Below the pieces are notes generated by a model. That model searched no databases and was not told where the DNA came from. It saw nothing but the letters and a program-made list of their open reading frames with translations. From Podarcis vaucheri (lineage: Eukaryota), in the NCBI GenBank assembly GCA_965113315.1, contig OZ220364.1: a stretch of 64,000 nt of DNA. The stretch is one strand, 5' to 3'. The first letter of the stretch is position 1, and every line of letters starts with the position of its first letter. Shown piece after piece: positions 13,860 to 27,786 of the stretch. Position numbers and translations under genes: made by a program.

Positions 13860-14400
13860 AATTCCTCGAGGCGAGTGGAGACGTAGCGCCGACCCCCCCC
13901 ACCCCATTACCACCCCCGCCCCACGGCCTTCCCAGGCGCCTCCTCACTTGTAGGTGAGCCCATCTCCGCAGTTGAGCATCTGCTGCGCCGTGAGCCCGTC
14001 GTCGGGCACGTAGCCGGTGCCGCCGCTGATCAGGTAATCGGCCATGGACGGATAGGCGCGCGGGCCGCGTGTGCTTCTTCCCTCGCGGCCTCAGAAGCAG
14101 AAAGCGCGCGCGAGGCTCTGCCTCTTCTGCCACGCGCCCTCGCCGACAAGAGAGTCAAGCGTCGGCGCCGCCGGGTACAAGAGCGCGGAGCTCGAGGAAA
14201 CCCCGCCCCCCAGACGACGACGCGTCCTTGCGTCACGCCGCTCCGTCCGCGCAGGTTTCTCTTCCTCCCCGCCCCCATCCTGCCTTGTGGGTGCGGGGGG
14301 GGGGAGCGGGCTACGGCGGCTGCGCGGGCTCATGCGCGGCAAGCTGGACGGGCTTCGCCTCCCTCCTTCCTCTCCCCTCGCTTCCTGTCCCGAAGTAACG
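13860..14400 (-). promoter_or_regulatory. IMPDH2: IMPDH2 CpG-island promoter / 5' UTR
   Basis: CpG-dense; GC boxes at 14201-14209 and ~14267-14275; CRE/AP1-like TGACGCA (minus) at 14229-14235. Confidence 0.85.
13948..14045 (-). CDS. IMPDH2: IMP dehydrogenase 2, coding exon 1 ([32 protein letters not shown]-)
   Basis: ATG at 14045 in CpG island; matches vertebrate IMPDH2 N-terminus; donor AA|GTGAG; 98 nt. Confidence 0.97.
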
Positions 14401-14577
14401 AGTTGAGAGCGGGAAAAGAGAAGACGTTCCTTTCCCCACTCATTTTCCTCGATTCTATGAGGTCATTTGGGCAGAACAACAATTTTATTTAGTAGCCGCT
14501 TTTGTTCTTTTTTTTTTTTTAAGAGCCCTTCTTATTAGCTGCGCTGTGTGCAGACCGGCCCCCGCAACACGGTGTGG

Positions 14578-14915
14578 CAGTGCCGGATTTACGTATAAGC
14601 GAAACAAGCTATAGTTTAGGGCCCCAAAAAAATTTAAAGGGAAAAAATCGATGTACATTTCCAAAATATAAGATAAAAAAATAAAATAAAACCTACATAC
14701 AGCAACAGTGTTTTGTGTTATGTAGGCGCCTATGAAGCTAGCCTGCTCCCTAAGATATCACTAGTTAAATACTTATTAGGTCTATAAATTACCATATAGC
14801 ATATATTCCACGCACAAAAAGCGACAATTTGTTGTTGACAAAGGACAGCTGGACATATAAAGGGCCCTATTACCTTCAGCAGCTTAGGGGCTCATGAAAA
14901 CTAAATCCAGCCCTG
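14578..14915 (+). mobile_element. hAT-like MITE just upstream of the IMPDH2 promoter
   Basis: TIRs CAGTGCCGGATTT/AAATCCAGCCCTG; homologous to 47181-47483. Confidence 0.75.
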
Positions 14916-15586
14916 GTGTGCGGGTGCGTTTGGTGGTGGGGCACCGGCTTCTGAAGAATGAAGGTTAAATTCCTTATTTTAAAAAAAAACAACCCAAGGC
15001 GCGAGATTCTCCAAAAAAACTGTCATGGGGTGTCAACACGTCAAGCAAGCTGTGCTAACTTGCCTTGGCAGTAGAGCGCAGGCGCCCGTACTCAGCCACT
15101 AGCTGCCTCCTTCCCTTGAAACTGGGGAGGGGAGGGAGGGTATCCACTTCGCTTCGCCACTACCCCCCGCCCCGACTTTGGTCCAGAGGCAACCTCGAGA
15201 AGTCTTGCAGTAATCCAATACTGTAAACAGCTTTGACAGGCTGTTTTGATGGGTGGCCGGGGGTGGGGGAGAGAGATTTAGTGGAAAACCTTTTTGCAGC
15301 CGTTTATCGAGGTACTCCACACTTTAACAACATCGACTGTCCGTCCCCCCGCAAAAAAGGCTGCTGGGAGGGAGAGGAAGGGAACCACCAGGAGTGCTTT
15401 GTTGCTGCTGCTCGAGTGTAATAGCCTCCCTTTCCACATGGCTCTCGTTCCATTTTGCCCTCGGAACTGCCTTTAAAGTAGGCTAGGCTAAGAGTGAGTG
15501 GTGCAAGGTCACCCAGGGAGCTCCATTGCTGGGTGATGTGAAAACCCTAGTCTGGCAGTTCTTCCTCGAACAGGCAAACCACTACT

Positions 15587-15821
15587 CCAGTGTGGTGTAG
15601 TGGTTAAGAGCGGTGGACATGTAATCTGGTGAACCGGGTTCGTGTCTCCGCTCCTCCACATGTAGCTGCTGGGTGACCTTGGGCTAGTCACACTTCTTTG
15701 AAATCTCTCAGCCTCCCTCACCTGTGTTTGTTGTAGGGGAGGAAGGGAAAAGAGATTGTTAGCTGCTTTGAGACTCCTTAAGGTAGTGATAAAGGGGGAT
15801 ATCAAATCCAAACTCTTCTTC
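15587..15821 (+). mobile_element. tRNA-derived SINE (Squam2-like)
   Basis: A box TGGTGTAGTGG, B box GGTTCGTGTC, CTT-repeat tail. Confidence 0.75.
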
Positions 15822-16514
15822 CAGCCTGTCTCAGTTCTGGTACTGAAAACCAAATTCGTGGCCTGAGATGTGCTCAGAATTAAGGAACAAAGCATGTCCA
15901 AACACCATTACGTAATTATTTTGGCTCACCTTAGCATTCTTGAAAACGCAAGCAGCTCACAAAAGCTTATACTCTTGTGACTTTGTTATGTCATTTAAAA
16001 TGCCACAACTCGTTCACCCCCCCCCTAAAAAAACACACTCTGGTCCACAAAAGAACCTCAGCATCAAAACTTACCATATTGAAGCTGTAAGGATTTTTTT
16101 TCTCTCATGTGCTTCCACAAGCTCACATTTCCTTTCATCATTAACCACTTTGAGGTGAGCTGAAAGATCATGGGCTTCATAGCCATGGATATTCTCTTCC
16201 TCCCACTCCACCCCAGCTAGATGCGCTTGTGTACGTATGAAACAAGTCTTCAGAGTTCTCAGATCTAGATATCTGTGCTGCATTAAAATCTCCCCCAACT
16301 GCCTTCATTTGCTTGCATTTACATAAGGTACTATATTCTATAGCCCACTGAATTGTGGAATTTGTTTATATCCAAGCTTGCCTACATAAATTATGTTGCT
16401 CAAAAGTTCAGGGAAGAAATTAGGCAGCACTTAGAAATTACTTACCCCTTTTCTAAATTCAAGGACTAGAGGTGCTGTTGAAATAGCATGCATGACAAAA
16501 AGTGTGTAGTTTGA

Positions 16515-16754
16515 AAGCACATCAGTGTTAAGTAGATAGGTACCGCTGCGACGGGAAGGTAAATGGCGTTTCCGTGCGCTCTGGCACTCATCATGATGTC
16601 CCATTATGCCTGAGGTGGTTTAGTCATGCTGGCCACATGACCCAGAAACTGTCTGCGGACAAACGCCAGCTCCCTTGGCCTGAAAAGTGAGAGGAGCACT
16701 GCAGCCTATAATCACCTTTTATTGGACTTAACCATCCAGGGGTCCTTTACCTTT
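16515..16754 (+). mobile_element. Sauria SINE, 5'-truncated and diverged
   Basis: GTAGATAGGTACCGC...GGTCCTTTACCTTT. Confidence 0.75.
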
Positions 16755-17859
16755 TATTTCATACATACACATGAGGATGCTAGACATCTGTTTTGATCAA
16801 AGACAACCCCATGAGAATTACATTGACCCAGGAAAACACATCTGAGGGTCAGGTGTGTTTGAGAGCCGAGAGAGAAAAACCCTTTTCTGGGATTTGGGCT
16901 ATCTGTTATTCTTCAGGCTTCATGTACTGGCTATTTTTTCCAGGTCTAAAAAGTCCCTGCCCCCTCATTCCAAATTCTGCATTAAAGGAAGGAGGGGCCA
17001 AGAAAACCTTTAACAGCTAGTAAAGCTGCCCTCTGCTGCAATCTACCTCCAACTGCAGCCTTAAATTTACACACTTTTCAGAAAATGTGGGGATTATAGT
17101 AGAGGATTAGAGACTTCAACTCGGGGGGTGGGAAACCTCTGGCCCTCCTGAAATTGTTAGACAGTCCAGCCAGCATGGGCAATGGTCAGGTATAATAGCT
17201 GCAGTTCAACAGCAGTAGACCTAAATTTCCCCAGACCTGCCTTAACCCCAAACCCAATCTTTATATTATACTTTGCCACCTTCTCTGCCAAGATTTAACA
17301 CCAATTTGGATAAACGAGATCTGAATAGTGCCCACTGATATTTATCCTATGTGCCAAGCTTTATCCCCAGCACAAAATTTGATTTTGGTAGTTAATACAG
17401 GAATCTGTGGTTATCTGAAAAATACATAGGAGCTACTGAAAGTGAACCCACATGCGAACACGTGCTCCCAGCTTTCCTCCCCTTTCCAAGTTCGGCATTA
17501 CATGCAACTGTTGTCAAGGACGACAACAAAGTGGAGCTCCTAAATGCAGTTAATCCAACCCTGGATTAAAATATGATTTGCAGTGGTTATACATAATGCC
17601 AAATTCAGATAGAAAGGGGTGCAATGGGAATGGGCCATAGAAGCATGTAGCAAAATAGCAAAAGCAATTCAATGCAAACAAAGCGTGATGTGATGCACAC
17701 CAGGTGTGTGTGTTAATTTCACATACACTCATGGGTCTGAACAATTTAATTTTTTTTTTTTAAATGAATGAAGATGTTGACTCATTATGCTGCAGCGGTT
17801 GAAAAGGGCGGATTCCATACCAGTTATCATTTGGAAATTAAACGAAAATAAAACTGCTT

Positions 17860-18500
17860 ATATCATGACATTATACAAATCTGTGGTGAAACTGCTTGGA
17901 ATACTGTCTACAGGTCACCTTACATCAGAAAGTATACCGCAGAGCTGGAAAAGTTTAAGAAAGGGGTAACCAAAATGCTTTAGGGGCTATGGCAACTCCC
18001 CTATGAGGAAAGATCACATTGAGGCTTTTTAGTTTAGAGAAAAATGAGCAAGAGACGTAACAGAAGCATGTAACATTGTGCATGGTGTAGAGAATGTGGA
18101 CAGAAAGGAGTATTTCTACCTCTCTCATGATACTAGAAGTTGGGGATATCCAAGGAAGCTGAACGCTGGAAGATTCAGGAAAGAATGTCACACATCACAA
18201 AGTTCAACTATGGACATCACTCCCACAAAATGTAGTGTGGCCACCAACCTGCATGGCTTTAAAAGAGGTTTAGAGAAATTCATGGAGGAGAAGGCTATCA
18301 ACAGCTACTCGTCATGATTGCTGTATATTACTACATCCAGTCTTAGGGGCAGCATGTCTTTGAACACCAACTGCTGGAGCGACATGAGTGGGGAAAGTAC
18401 TAATATTCAGTGGCAGACTTCCAAAAGGCATCTGTTAGGCCGCTGTGGGAGCAGGATGCTGGGTGATGCTGGGCCTTCACTCTGATCCAGCAGGACTCTT
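17860..18500 (+). mobile_element. CR1 LINE, degenerate ORF2 3' end and 3' UTR
   Basis: remnants such as HGVENVDRKEYF and GFKRGLEKFMEEKAI. Confidence 0.75.
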
Positions 18501-18533
18501 CAGGTTACAAACACTTCGAGTTACTAAACCAAG

Positions 18534-18706
18534 TAGTAGTACCTCGGGTTGAGAACTTTGTCCCAAGGCGAGAACGGAAATTGCACGCCACTGGCGTGGT
18601 GGCAGCAGAAGGCACCATTAGCAAAAGCACGCCTCAGGTTAAGAACGGTTTCGGGTTGAGAACGGACCTCCGGAACGAATTAAGTTCATAACCTGAGGTA
18701 CCGCTG
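18534..18706. mobile_element. Tigger-like MITE
   Basis: GTAGTACCTCGGGTT...ACCTGAGGTACCGCTG. Confidence 0.75.
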
Positions 18707-19551
18707 TACTAATATTCTGTGGAAACATTTACATTTGTTCCCCTCAAATAAACACACATTGTTCAATGGCATGTTGAAAAGACGTGCTCGTCATTCTTAA
18801 TAAACAACTAGCATAAGAATACATTAAGAGAAACAGGGTGGTATCTTTATATGATACACAAGTGTATGTTACAAGAATTCCATCAGGCACAGGAGCCTCA
18901 AGGTTTTAAGGCCTCAACATCAGGCCAAGAAAGAAAGAAAGAAAGAGCAAGAGAGAGAGAGAGAGAGATTGAGAGAGAGAGAGAGAGAAGTGTGGTAGTT
19001 TGTACTTAACATCTAAAAATGTCACTTTTAAGTTCTTAATAGAAATTGTTTTGCTTTTTCCTTATAAATCATAATTGCAGGTCACTCTCCTCTCCCTTCC
19101 AGAACATGTCAGTTTCTAAGCACAAGGAAACTGCAAACTGCCTCTCTTGGCCAATATCCACCATTTTCCGCTCTTTCCAAGTGCATGAGCTCCAAAGCAA
19201 TGGCCCAGCTAGGCCAAGTCCCTCAATTAGATTTGTTTCATTTTCTTCACATCATAAAAAATCCCAAAGTCAATCTACAGCACCTCACAGCTCCCAGAGA
19301 AAGAACGCAGCCCCCAATGCGTCCAGAAGGCTGATGCAGTTGGGTCAGATACACAATGGGGAGGGTCTCCTTTAAACAGAAGAAGCCTAAAAGGGCTTCA
19401 TAACTACACCAATTTAAAAAAAAAAACCGGAAAAAAACCTTAGGCATCTCCTTTAGTGTAAAAGGCTGTACAATTGATCCTGGCCTTATGGCCTGGCCTT
19501 CCCTCCCACCCTGTCCTACCCTCACCCTTTTTCTGAGTTGGGAGGGATGCC

Positions 19552-19744
19552 TTAGTGCATGGTGCTGGCATTCGCCACAGCAATAGCTGCCTGAATCTCT
19601 CGTATCACCAGAATCCGGGTGAGCATCTGCTCCATCTGCTCTCGACTGATTGGCTGGATGGAATACCAGATAGGGCTGTTGGGAGCCACCACTGGTTCAG
19701 GAGTCAAATAGAATGTATCGTTCCGGCCTTTCACGCTCTGGGGG
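19552..19744 (-). CDS. QRICH1: QRICH1 last coding exon ([17 protein letters not shown]...ANASTMH*)
   Basis: 193 nt, TAA at 19554-19552; total CDS 2331 nt = 776 aa. Confidence 0.97.
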
Positions 19745-20669
19745 CTGAGAAGACAGAGAATATCGTTAAGCAATTACTTTGACAGCATACACTTGAAACA
19801 GCTATGAACACTATCTTACAAACATCTACGTTTTTTCTGAACCGCCAAAGGTTCCACATGTAACACAATACAAAAAGTGACGTCCTGATCATTTCAACCT
19901 CCATTTTACAACAGTTTAAGCTGGCTGTGGCATTGAAGACTAAAACTGGAGAGTTAGGACAGGCCTTCCCATGAGGTTTTCTGCTCTAGCACCTGTCTCC
20001 CCTCTTATGTCTGCCCCCTCCTCCCCCACTACATCTGCAACTCTAGCCTTTGGTAATACATTTCAAGGTATTCGAAAAAAGGGTGAATTGTGAGTGCACA
20101 GGAATTCAGGTTGTATCTGAAATGCCCAATTTGTACAGTGCATTCTTTACATTCTACACCACAGACTTCTCACACTAACTTGGGGATTTCACCGGGCTTT
20201 GGAAATAAGGAGCAAGTCCAAAAATGTTTTTAAAGACTAGAAACTGCCAGTCACTAATCAACATGTTGGGCACCTTTTTCCAGTGTCACACCAATATACC
20301 TCCATCTATTTTATAGACCTCTGCCAGGGACATCAAGTTCCAGTTTACTCAATACAAAGTGTTTGCTCACTTCAAACACACTATGTTATATACCCAAACT
20401 CTTTCCAGTAAAACACAGTGTCAAGAGTTATGCAATGCCCAGCATTTAAAATAAAATAAAATAAGCTACACTACAAGCCTCTCAATATGCATGCCATTAA
20501 GTTTGCATTTTTGACAATTCAAGTAGGAAGCATAAGGTAGTCTTCTTTATACAAGGTCATCACTCCAATAAATTAATAGGTAAGTTTGATTAAAACAGTA
20601 GAAAGTACACACAAACCCTGAACATCCAGATAGTTAACCTTCTGTGGCTCTGGATGTCAGGAACACTTA

Positions 20670-20768
<99 letters not shown>

Positions 20769-21417
20769 TCAATCCCAACAATACAGAACATCAGAAACCT
20801 TGAAGTTGATGTGAGTAAAACCTAAGTAATCCCACAATTTGAAAAGATGGGACACAGCAACACAATGGCTTTCTTGCTGCAGATGGACAACTACTATGTT
20901 ACCATTAAACAAAGAACACATCCAGTTCTGTTTACATCCAAACATAAATACCTCAGTGTGTTGTCTAGTTTTTAGCAAGGAGGTAGGAGTCCTACTTATC
21001 AAAAAACATTCCAGGAACAGTTTGGTGGTCAAAGTTTCACCTTCTTTGCAGTAGGATCCATGGCAGTATCATTCATGTAAAGGTTTTCCAGCTGGACTAA
21101 AAGGTACCGGTCTTCAGTTTAAACCTATCTTTAGCTGTTTTATGTACTGTTTTAAAACTATTTATAGCTGTTTTATGGTATGTTTCTAAACTGCCTTGAG
21201 ACAAGTGTAAAAGGTAATATATAAATAAGAAAGAAAAGCAACTGGGGCTTCATAGAGAATCTCTGAATAGATATAAATGCACAGTAACAGAACTGTGCCC
21301 CCAAGAGCAGTCCAACATAAGTTCAGGGGCATATAAAGCAAGGAAGCAAGTACCACTACAGTGTCATCTCAGAAGCTTGGCATACCTAAAGCTTTTAGAT
21401 GCTGTTTTGATACATTT

Positions 21418-21781
21418 GGGACGCGGGTGGCACTGTGGTCTAAACCACTGAACCTCTTGGGCTTGCCAATCGGAAGGTCAGCGGTTCAAATCCCCGCGAC
21501 AGGGTGAGCTCCCGTTGCTCGGTCCCAGCTCCTGCCAACCTAGCAGTTCGAAAGCACGTCAAAGTGCAAGTAGATAAATAGGTACCGCTCTGGTGGGAAG
21601 GTAAACGGTGTTTCCGTGTGCTGCTCTGTGTGCTTGCCAGAAGCGGCTTAGTCACGCTGGCCAAATGACCCAGAAAAACTGTCTGCAGACAAATGTCGGC
21701 TCCCTCGGCCAGTAAAGCGAGATGAGCACCGCAACCCCAGAATCGTTCGCGACTGGACTTAACTGTTGGGGTCCTTTACCT
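21418..21781 (+). mobile_element. Sauria SINE
   Basis: same consensus, CTTTACCTTT tail. Confidence 0.9.
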
Positions 21782-22342
21782 TTTTTTTAATATATATACA
21801 TTTAATTAATATTCCATTTTCCAACCACAAACAACTAGCTTTGATATAACCCAATTAATAACAGTAAGCTACACACATGCACTCATTTCAGTAAATGCCA
21901 GGGTAAGACAGCAAAGGACCTTCAATAAAATGTATGAATGCAAAGAAATATTTTTGTTTGCAGAAAGTAAGAGAAAAGTGTCATTACGAAAAGAAAAAAA
22001 TCCCCACTGTGTGCTACAGTTGATCTTCAGGGATGATGGCATCTGCAACAGGACTTGCATCTGCAGATCAAATACCTGTGATATCTCATAATAAAGTTCC
22101 ATGATATAGTAAGTCCCAGTCCCAGAAGGTGGCTTTGTAATCAATCACCATCAGCACCAGAAATTGTCTAGCCATACTCACCACCCAGGCTTACCGGGCT
22201 GCAAATTTAATTATGAATCTCATTGTTTTGTCTTCCTTTAATCCTGTGATTCTCTCTCTTTCCCCCCCCCTCTCTCTCTCTCGAGAGCTGCAAAACAAAT
22301 GCGATCAGCTACTTAAAGCACAGGGTCCCCCCCCCCATGTTA

Positions 22343-22540
<198 letters not shown>

Positions 22541-23283
22541 TTAAAAGATGCACAACAAATTTTAACTTTTCCAACACTGGCAGAAAAACCTTTGTTCCTA
22601 TCAGGAACAAAACAAGGCTCTTAATAGCCAACATTTGATGGCGTGTGAGGTTTTTAAAACGTGCATTTTTTTCAACAGACATATACAGTTCAATAGACAG
22701 CTCATCTGGCATGTTTTATAAGCAATAGTTAGCATCAAATGGGTGATGTGAACTGAGAAGGTGGTCATACAAATCCATGAAGGATACAGCTAACAATGGC
22801 TATTAGTCTCAATAGTTAAATGGGATCTCTGTATTTTGGGACAGTATAACCCAAATAACAGGAAGCGGTCGCAGGATAGAGCACCAACATCATACTTCTG
22901 TGAACTCCCAGAAACACTGGGCTGGTCACTCTGAAAACAGAATGCTAGACTGACTGCTGTCATGCATTCAAAGATTGATTATACTTACACACATACACAC
23001 ATGTACGTGTGTGCATGTGCGAGAGAGTGATAGAAAAACTTAGAACAACCACGTAAAGAAGTCAGAACTATGAGCATACTGCACACTGGGGAAGACTGAA
23101 TTTTCCGATGGCCACCTAGTAAGTTCACTGAAGAAGGAAAACTGGAGACCTGTTGGTTCACTGGTTCATCTTGTAGTTAACTATGCTAAACCAGCTCTGA
23201 TAGCTCACACCAAAATGCATCTAAGTAATTCTTCATTGGTAGTTTGTGCTCACATGTGCACATTAATTCACAGTTCACTAAAG

Positions 23284-23490
23284 CAGTGTTTCCCAACCGG
23301 TGTTCCGCGGCACACTAGTGTGCCGTGAGACACCGGCTGGTGTGCCGTGGGAGGGAGGCGGGCGAGTCGGGCGGCGAGGATCCGCGTCGAGCCGGGGGCG
23401 GCTCCGCGGTGGTGGTGCCGAGCGGCGGGGCAGCGCGCGCAAAAGGGAGGAGCGCAAGACAGCGGAGGAGGAGGAGGCCGGCATGTCCGG

Positions 23491-23522
<32 letters not shown>

Positions 23523-23790
23523 TCCCGGCGACGGCTCCTCCTCCGCCCGCTATCGCCGCCACCACCACAACAGCCGCCGCCGCCTCAGCTGCCGCCGTCC
23601 CTCAGTCCCTCGCTCTGCTGCCTCCTCCCACCCCGGCAAGGGGAAGGGAAAAAACGTTCACTTTTGTGCGTCCCTCCCGGCGTGACGCTGCGGGCTGACG
23701 TCACGGGGCGGGGCTTTAATGGTGGTGTGCCGCGAGATTTTTTTCCGGTAAACAGGTGTGCCGTTGCCCAAAAACGTTTGGGAAACACTG
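23284..23790 (+). mobile_element. hAT (Charlie/SPIN-like) non-autonomous element with GC-rich cargo
   Basis: TIRs CAGTGTTTCCCAA/TTGGGAAACACTG; perfect 8-bp TSD CACTAAAG (23276-23283, 23791-23798); subterminal GTGTGCCG repeats. Confidence 0.92.
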
Positions 23791-23837
23791 CACTAAAGAA
23801 TAGGCTTCCACGAAGGAGGCATCTTTATTAGTACTTA

Positions 23838-23969
<132 letters not shown>

Positions 23970-25032
23970 TCAACAGATGTATGGAAACCAAGCAGCATCT
24001 CCAATCAATTACCCCAAAATTCCTATTAAGAGAGAAAACTAATTTACAAAGGTTTGACTAGCGACAGCAGCTCCTACACATAGCATACATTTCAGTTAAT
24101 GACATCAAGTCTAACTAGCTGGTTTGATGTTTCTAACAAATAGTTTGTAAGTACAGCTTATTTGGATACAACTCAGAATAGTCCCAATGACACTGATGGA
24201 CCTAAGTTAATTACTTTCATTGTGCCCGAGAAGATTGTTTGACCTTATGTAGCTCTGTATCATTATACACTCAAAAATACTTCATGCTATCTTGTTGCAA
24301 CTACTATGCAAGCCTACCATTCCACAAAGATAAAGACAGAGACATTGGCTTGTCTAACTTATGATGCCCTAAACATTCTAGAACCAGTTCTCACAGGGAA
24401 TGCCACCTCCTCAAAAAATCAACAACTTCAAGTTCCATTGCACCAGAACAGGCTTTACAAGCAGAAGACCTTTCTCAGTTAGCACCCCAAAGCTTTGGGA
24501 CACTTCCAAGAGTTATTCATTTGTGCTCCTACTCTCTCGTGACATTCTGGAAACAGATGAGGACTATTCTGTTCTGCTTCTGAATGTTAGCCTTACCATA
24601 CATTTTCATTGTTTCAAGCTCTGTTATAAAATTCCACCATATGGGCATCAGATCAGTAGAGAGTTTGGGCAGATGTAAGAAGAGAACCAGATAGCTGGGA
24701 TGAGCCCGGCAAAAACTACAGCGAAGGCTGCACAATGTGTGCCCAGATGTGGTTCCATCCATACTGAATAATGCAAACTTGCATTTTGTACTATAGACAA
24801 TATACTGGAAAGTGGCAATATGGGTCCAGCTATACGGCGATACCCGTACTTCTCTGCAGAAAAGCAAGGACAATTTGGGGCCTAGAAGTCTAGTACAAAA
24901 AGCCATTATTTGAATTTATTGCAGATTCTTCCTAGGTCAATTAAGGGAGCATTCTTCTTCAAATGTTCTCTGAGGACCGCTATGTCTAGACAGTGGTTAC
25001 CAAGCCTATCTGTGGACTGAAGAGTCTCTTAC

Positions 25033-25147
25033 CAAGAGGAGTGACCCGAGGCTGCACCTCCTTGAGCACTTCATGTAACCACTCAGTGAACCGTATGTAA
25101 TATAGATCAGAAAAAATGTCATCGACTCGCCCGTTTTCAAATAGATA
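25033..25147 (-). CDS. QRICH1: QRICH1 exon ([38 protein letters not shown])
   Basis: 115 nt; GT-AG. Confidence 0.95.
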
Positions 25148-25758
25148 CTGCAAGAAACAGTTACACAGAGGTCAGGCAAACCTGCTCCTCATAGAATTTT
25201 TTTAAAAAATACAAAACAATCAGTTAGTTAGACTGTCTGTGTGTTTGAAGTGCACATGTGAAACATGAGGATTAGAAATTCTTCACACACACCCTGCTGA
25301 CAATAGAGATTAGGAATCACCTAACAAACTCAACATTAACTCTCTAGCTACAGTTTTACTTATCATGCCTTCCTATGTAAATCCCATAGCGCACAACAAA
25401 CACATTTATTCAAAGAGCCTGAAAGGCTAGGCCATGAAGCACCTGAAACTCAGATTAATGCTTTGTAAATAGTAATCCCATTAGAGTGATACTGGGCTAA
25501 TTTCCAGAATTTGCAGCTACTAATAGTTTGTTTCTATGCATAATGATTATTAGAGTATGTTTAGTTATGTGCCACTCTAAAGAACAGAACAGCATCCAGT
25601 CAAGCGATCTCAAGTGAAAGAGAAAACCAAGGATCTCAGGAGTGGAAGCCAATGTCTGCCTCTCTCACTCAAGTCTTGCACAAGAATCCTCCTAGTGACA
25701 ACATATGCCTAACATACCACTTTTAACATTGTTTGCAGCAAGGGATTCCAAAATACTA

Positions 25759-25938
<180 letters not shown>

Positions 25939-26657
25939 TTACTAATTGGCATTTCTCAACAGAGATGTCCTTTTTGTAGACTCAACCATGCTTTCCCACT
26001 GCAACCTTCCCAATAAGCCTATACTGTCACTTGCAAGTATTTCTCCTTGTCCCCAGCATATATAAAGGTACCCCAAAATTTGCTTCAAATGGAAACTGAA
26101 TGGATTTCAAACACACAAATTGCCACTCAAATAGTAAATTGACAATTCAAAATTGTTGAATATTCCTCAATAACAATGGGAAGGAGTCTGAGGTCAGAAT
26201 ACCAAGAGACAATTCAAAGCATGACTGACATTAGTATCCTTTTAAATCCGTATTGCTGTGTCAATGAAAAAAATCCTGGGTGCCACAAACACTGCATATA
26301 AGCTTAACTGTTTTTAAAGTTAACAAGGCTTTTGTATTTTTATTTTGAACTGAAAACCTAACGTACATAATGAAAGTTTGCCTTGCTTTGTAAACACACC
26401 AAAACAGATTCAAGAATGCAGCTAAGAATGAAATCAGCAAGAAGAGCAGAGACTCCATCACTTAGCAGAAAAGTTATTAGAGAATGAGCTGAGCTGCCTG
26501 AAGGGAAAAGTTAAGCCCTGATCATTAGCAAGAACTCTAGAAACTGTTGATTATAGTGGCCTACAAACACTCACTGTATATGATAATCCACCCAAAGCCC
26601 TTGTAATTCAGCAGCCTATAACACTCTAACTAATCTTTACAAAGCAAAAGATTCCTA

Positions 26658-26927
<270 letters not shown>

Positions 26928-27786
26928 TTACCAGTACTGTAGCATCTTCCTCCAGCCTGCAGAGCTACTCACCTGACTTCAGTTCATTAGAAGAACTGTA
27001 CTATATTTGATTTACATCCACAGCAACTACAGAGGTCTAGTTCAGAGAAGATAATCTGAACACCCCCCCCCCGCAAAAAGACCATGGTTTGTTGTCAAGT
27101 TCAAGCATTCCTTCCTCTTCTAATGAGGCCAGTTGCAAAGCAGACTGCTAATTTCTTTAAACCAGTTTTCCATAAAGTTACTTCAATTCTGGTTTGTGCG
27201 TTGCTGTCAAACCAGTTTCCTAGTTCAGACATTACTGTAAACTGATGTAAGAAACCGTCTTTGCAGCTGGGTACAAGAAGGAGAAGATGTCAACAAACCT
27301 TGAATAATTAGAGATAAAACAGAGTGAACAGATTGCCCTCTGCTGGGGGAAAGCTGAATGCTAATCATTTTAGAAAATACATCTGCTAGCACAGAAACAC
27401 AGGATCTGAAGGTCACTGCGTCATCAGTTTGCCCACAGTTCTAAGTGCAATATTTCCATTAGAATAGATTTCTGTATAAGGCGGCCCTGTGCCTAAGAGT
27501 AGCATACTATAAAGGTGCCCTGCCAAACTGTGATTTTGTATCTTAATGCTGGCCAGGCAATTATTATAGTTTTCAGTTACAATCCTTTTGACAAAACAAG
27601 ACAATAGTAATAAAACCAAAAATAAGGCTACCTACCTACCTGGATGTAGACTACGATCAGAACAAAACAATATGATAGCAAAACATGAAAATGCTTCAAT
27701 CATTGATTATACACACTTACCTAAAGCCTTACCTAACCAAAACAACAGGGAATAAGGCTAATAGCTTAAGTTTGTAAGTTTTAATA

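Noticed and set aside
13522-13861. Poly-Ile/Leu/Asn ORFs
   Set aside because: Translations of the (TAT)n tail of an L2 fragment
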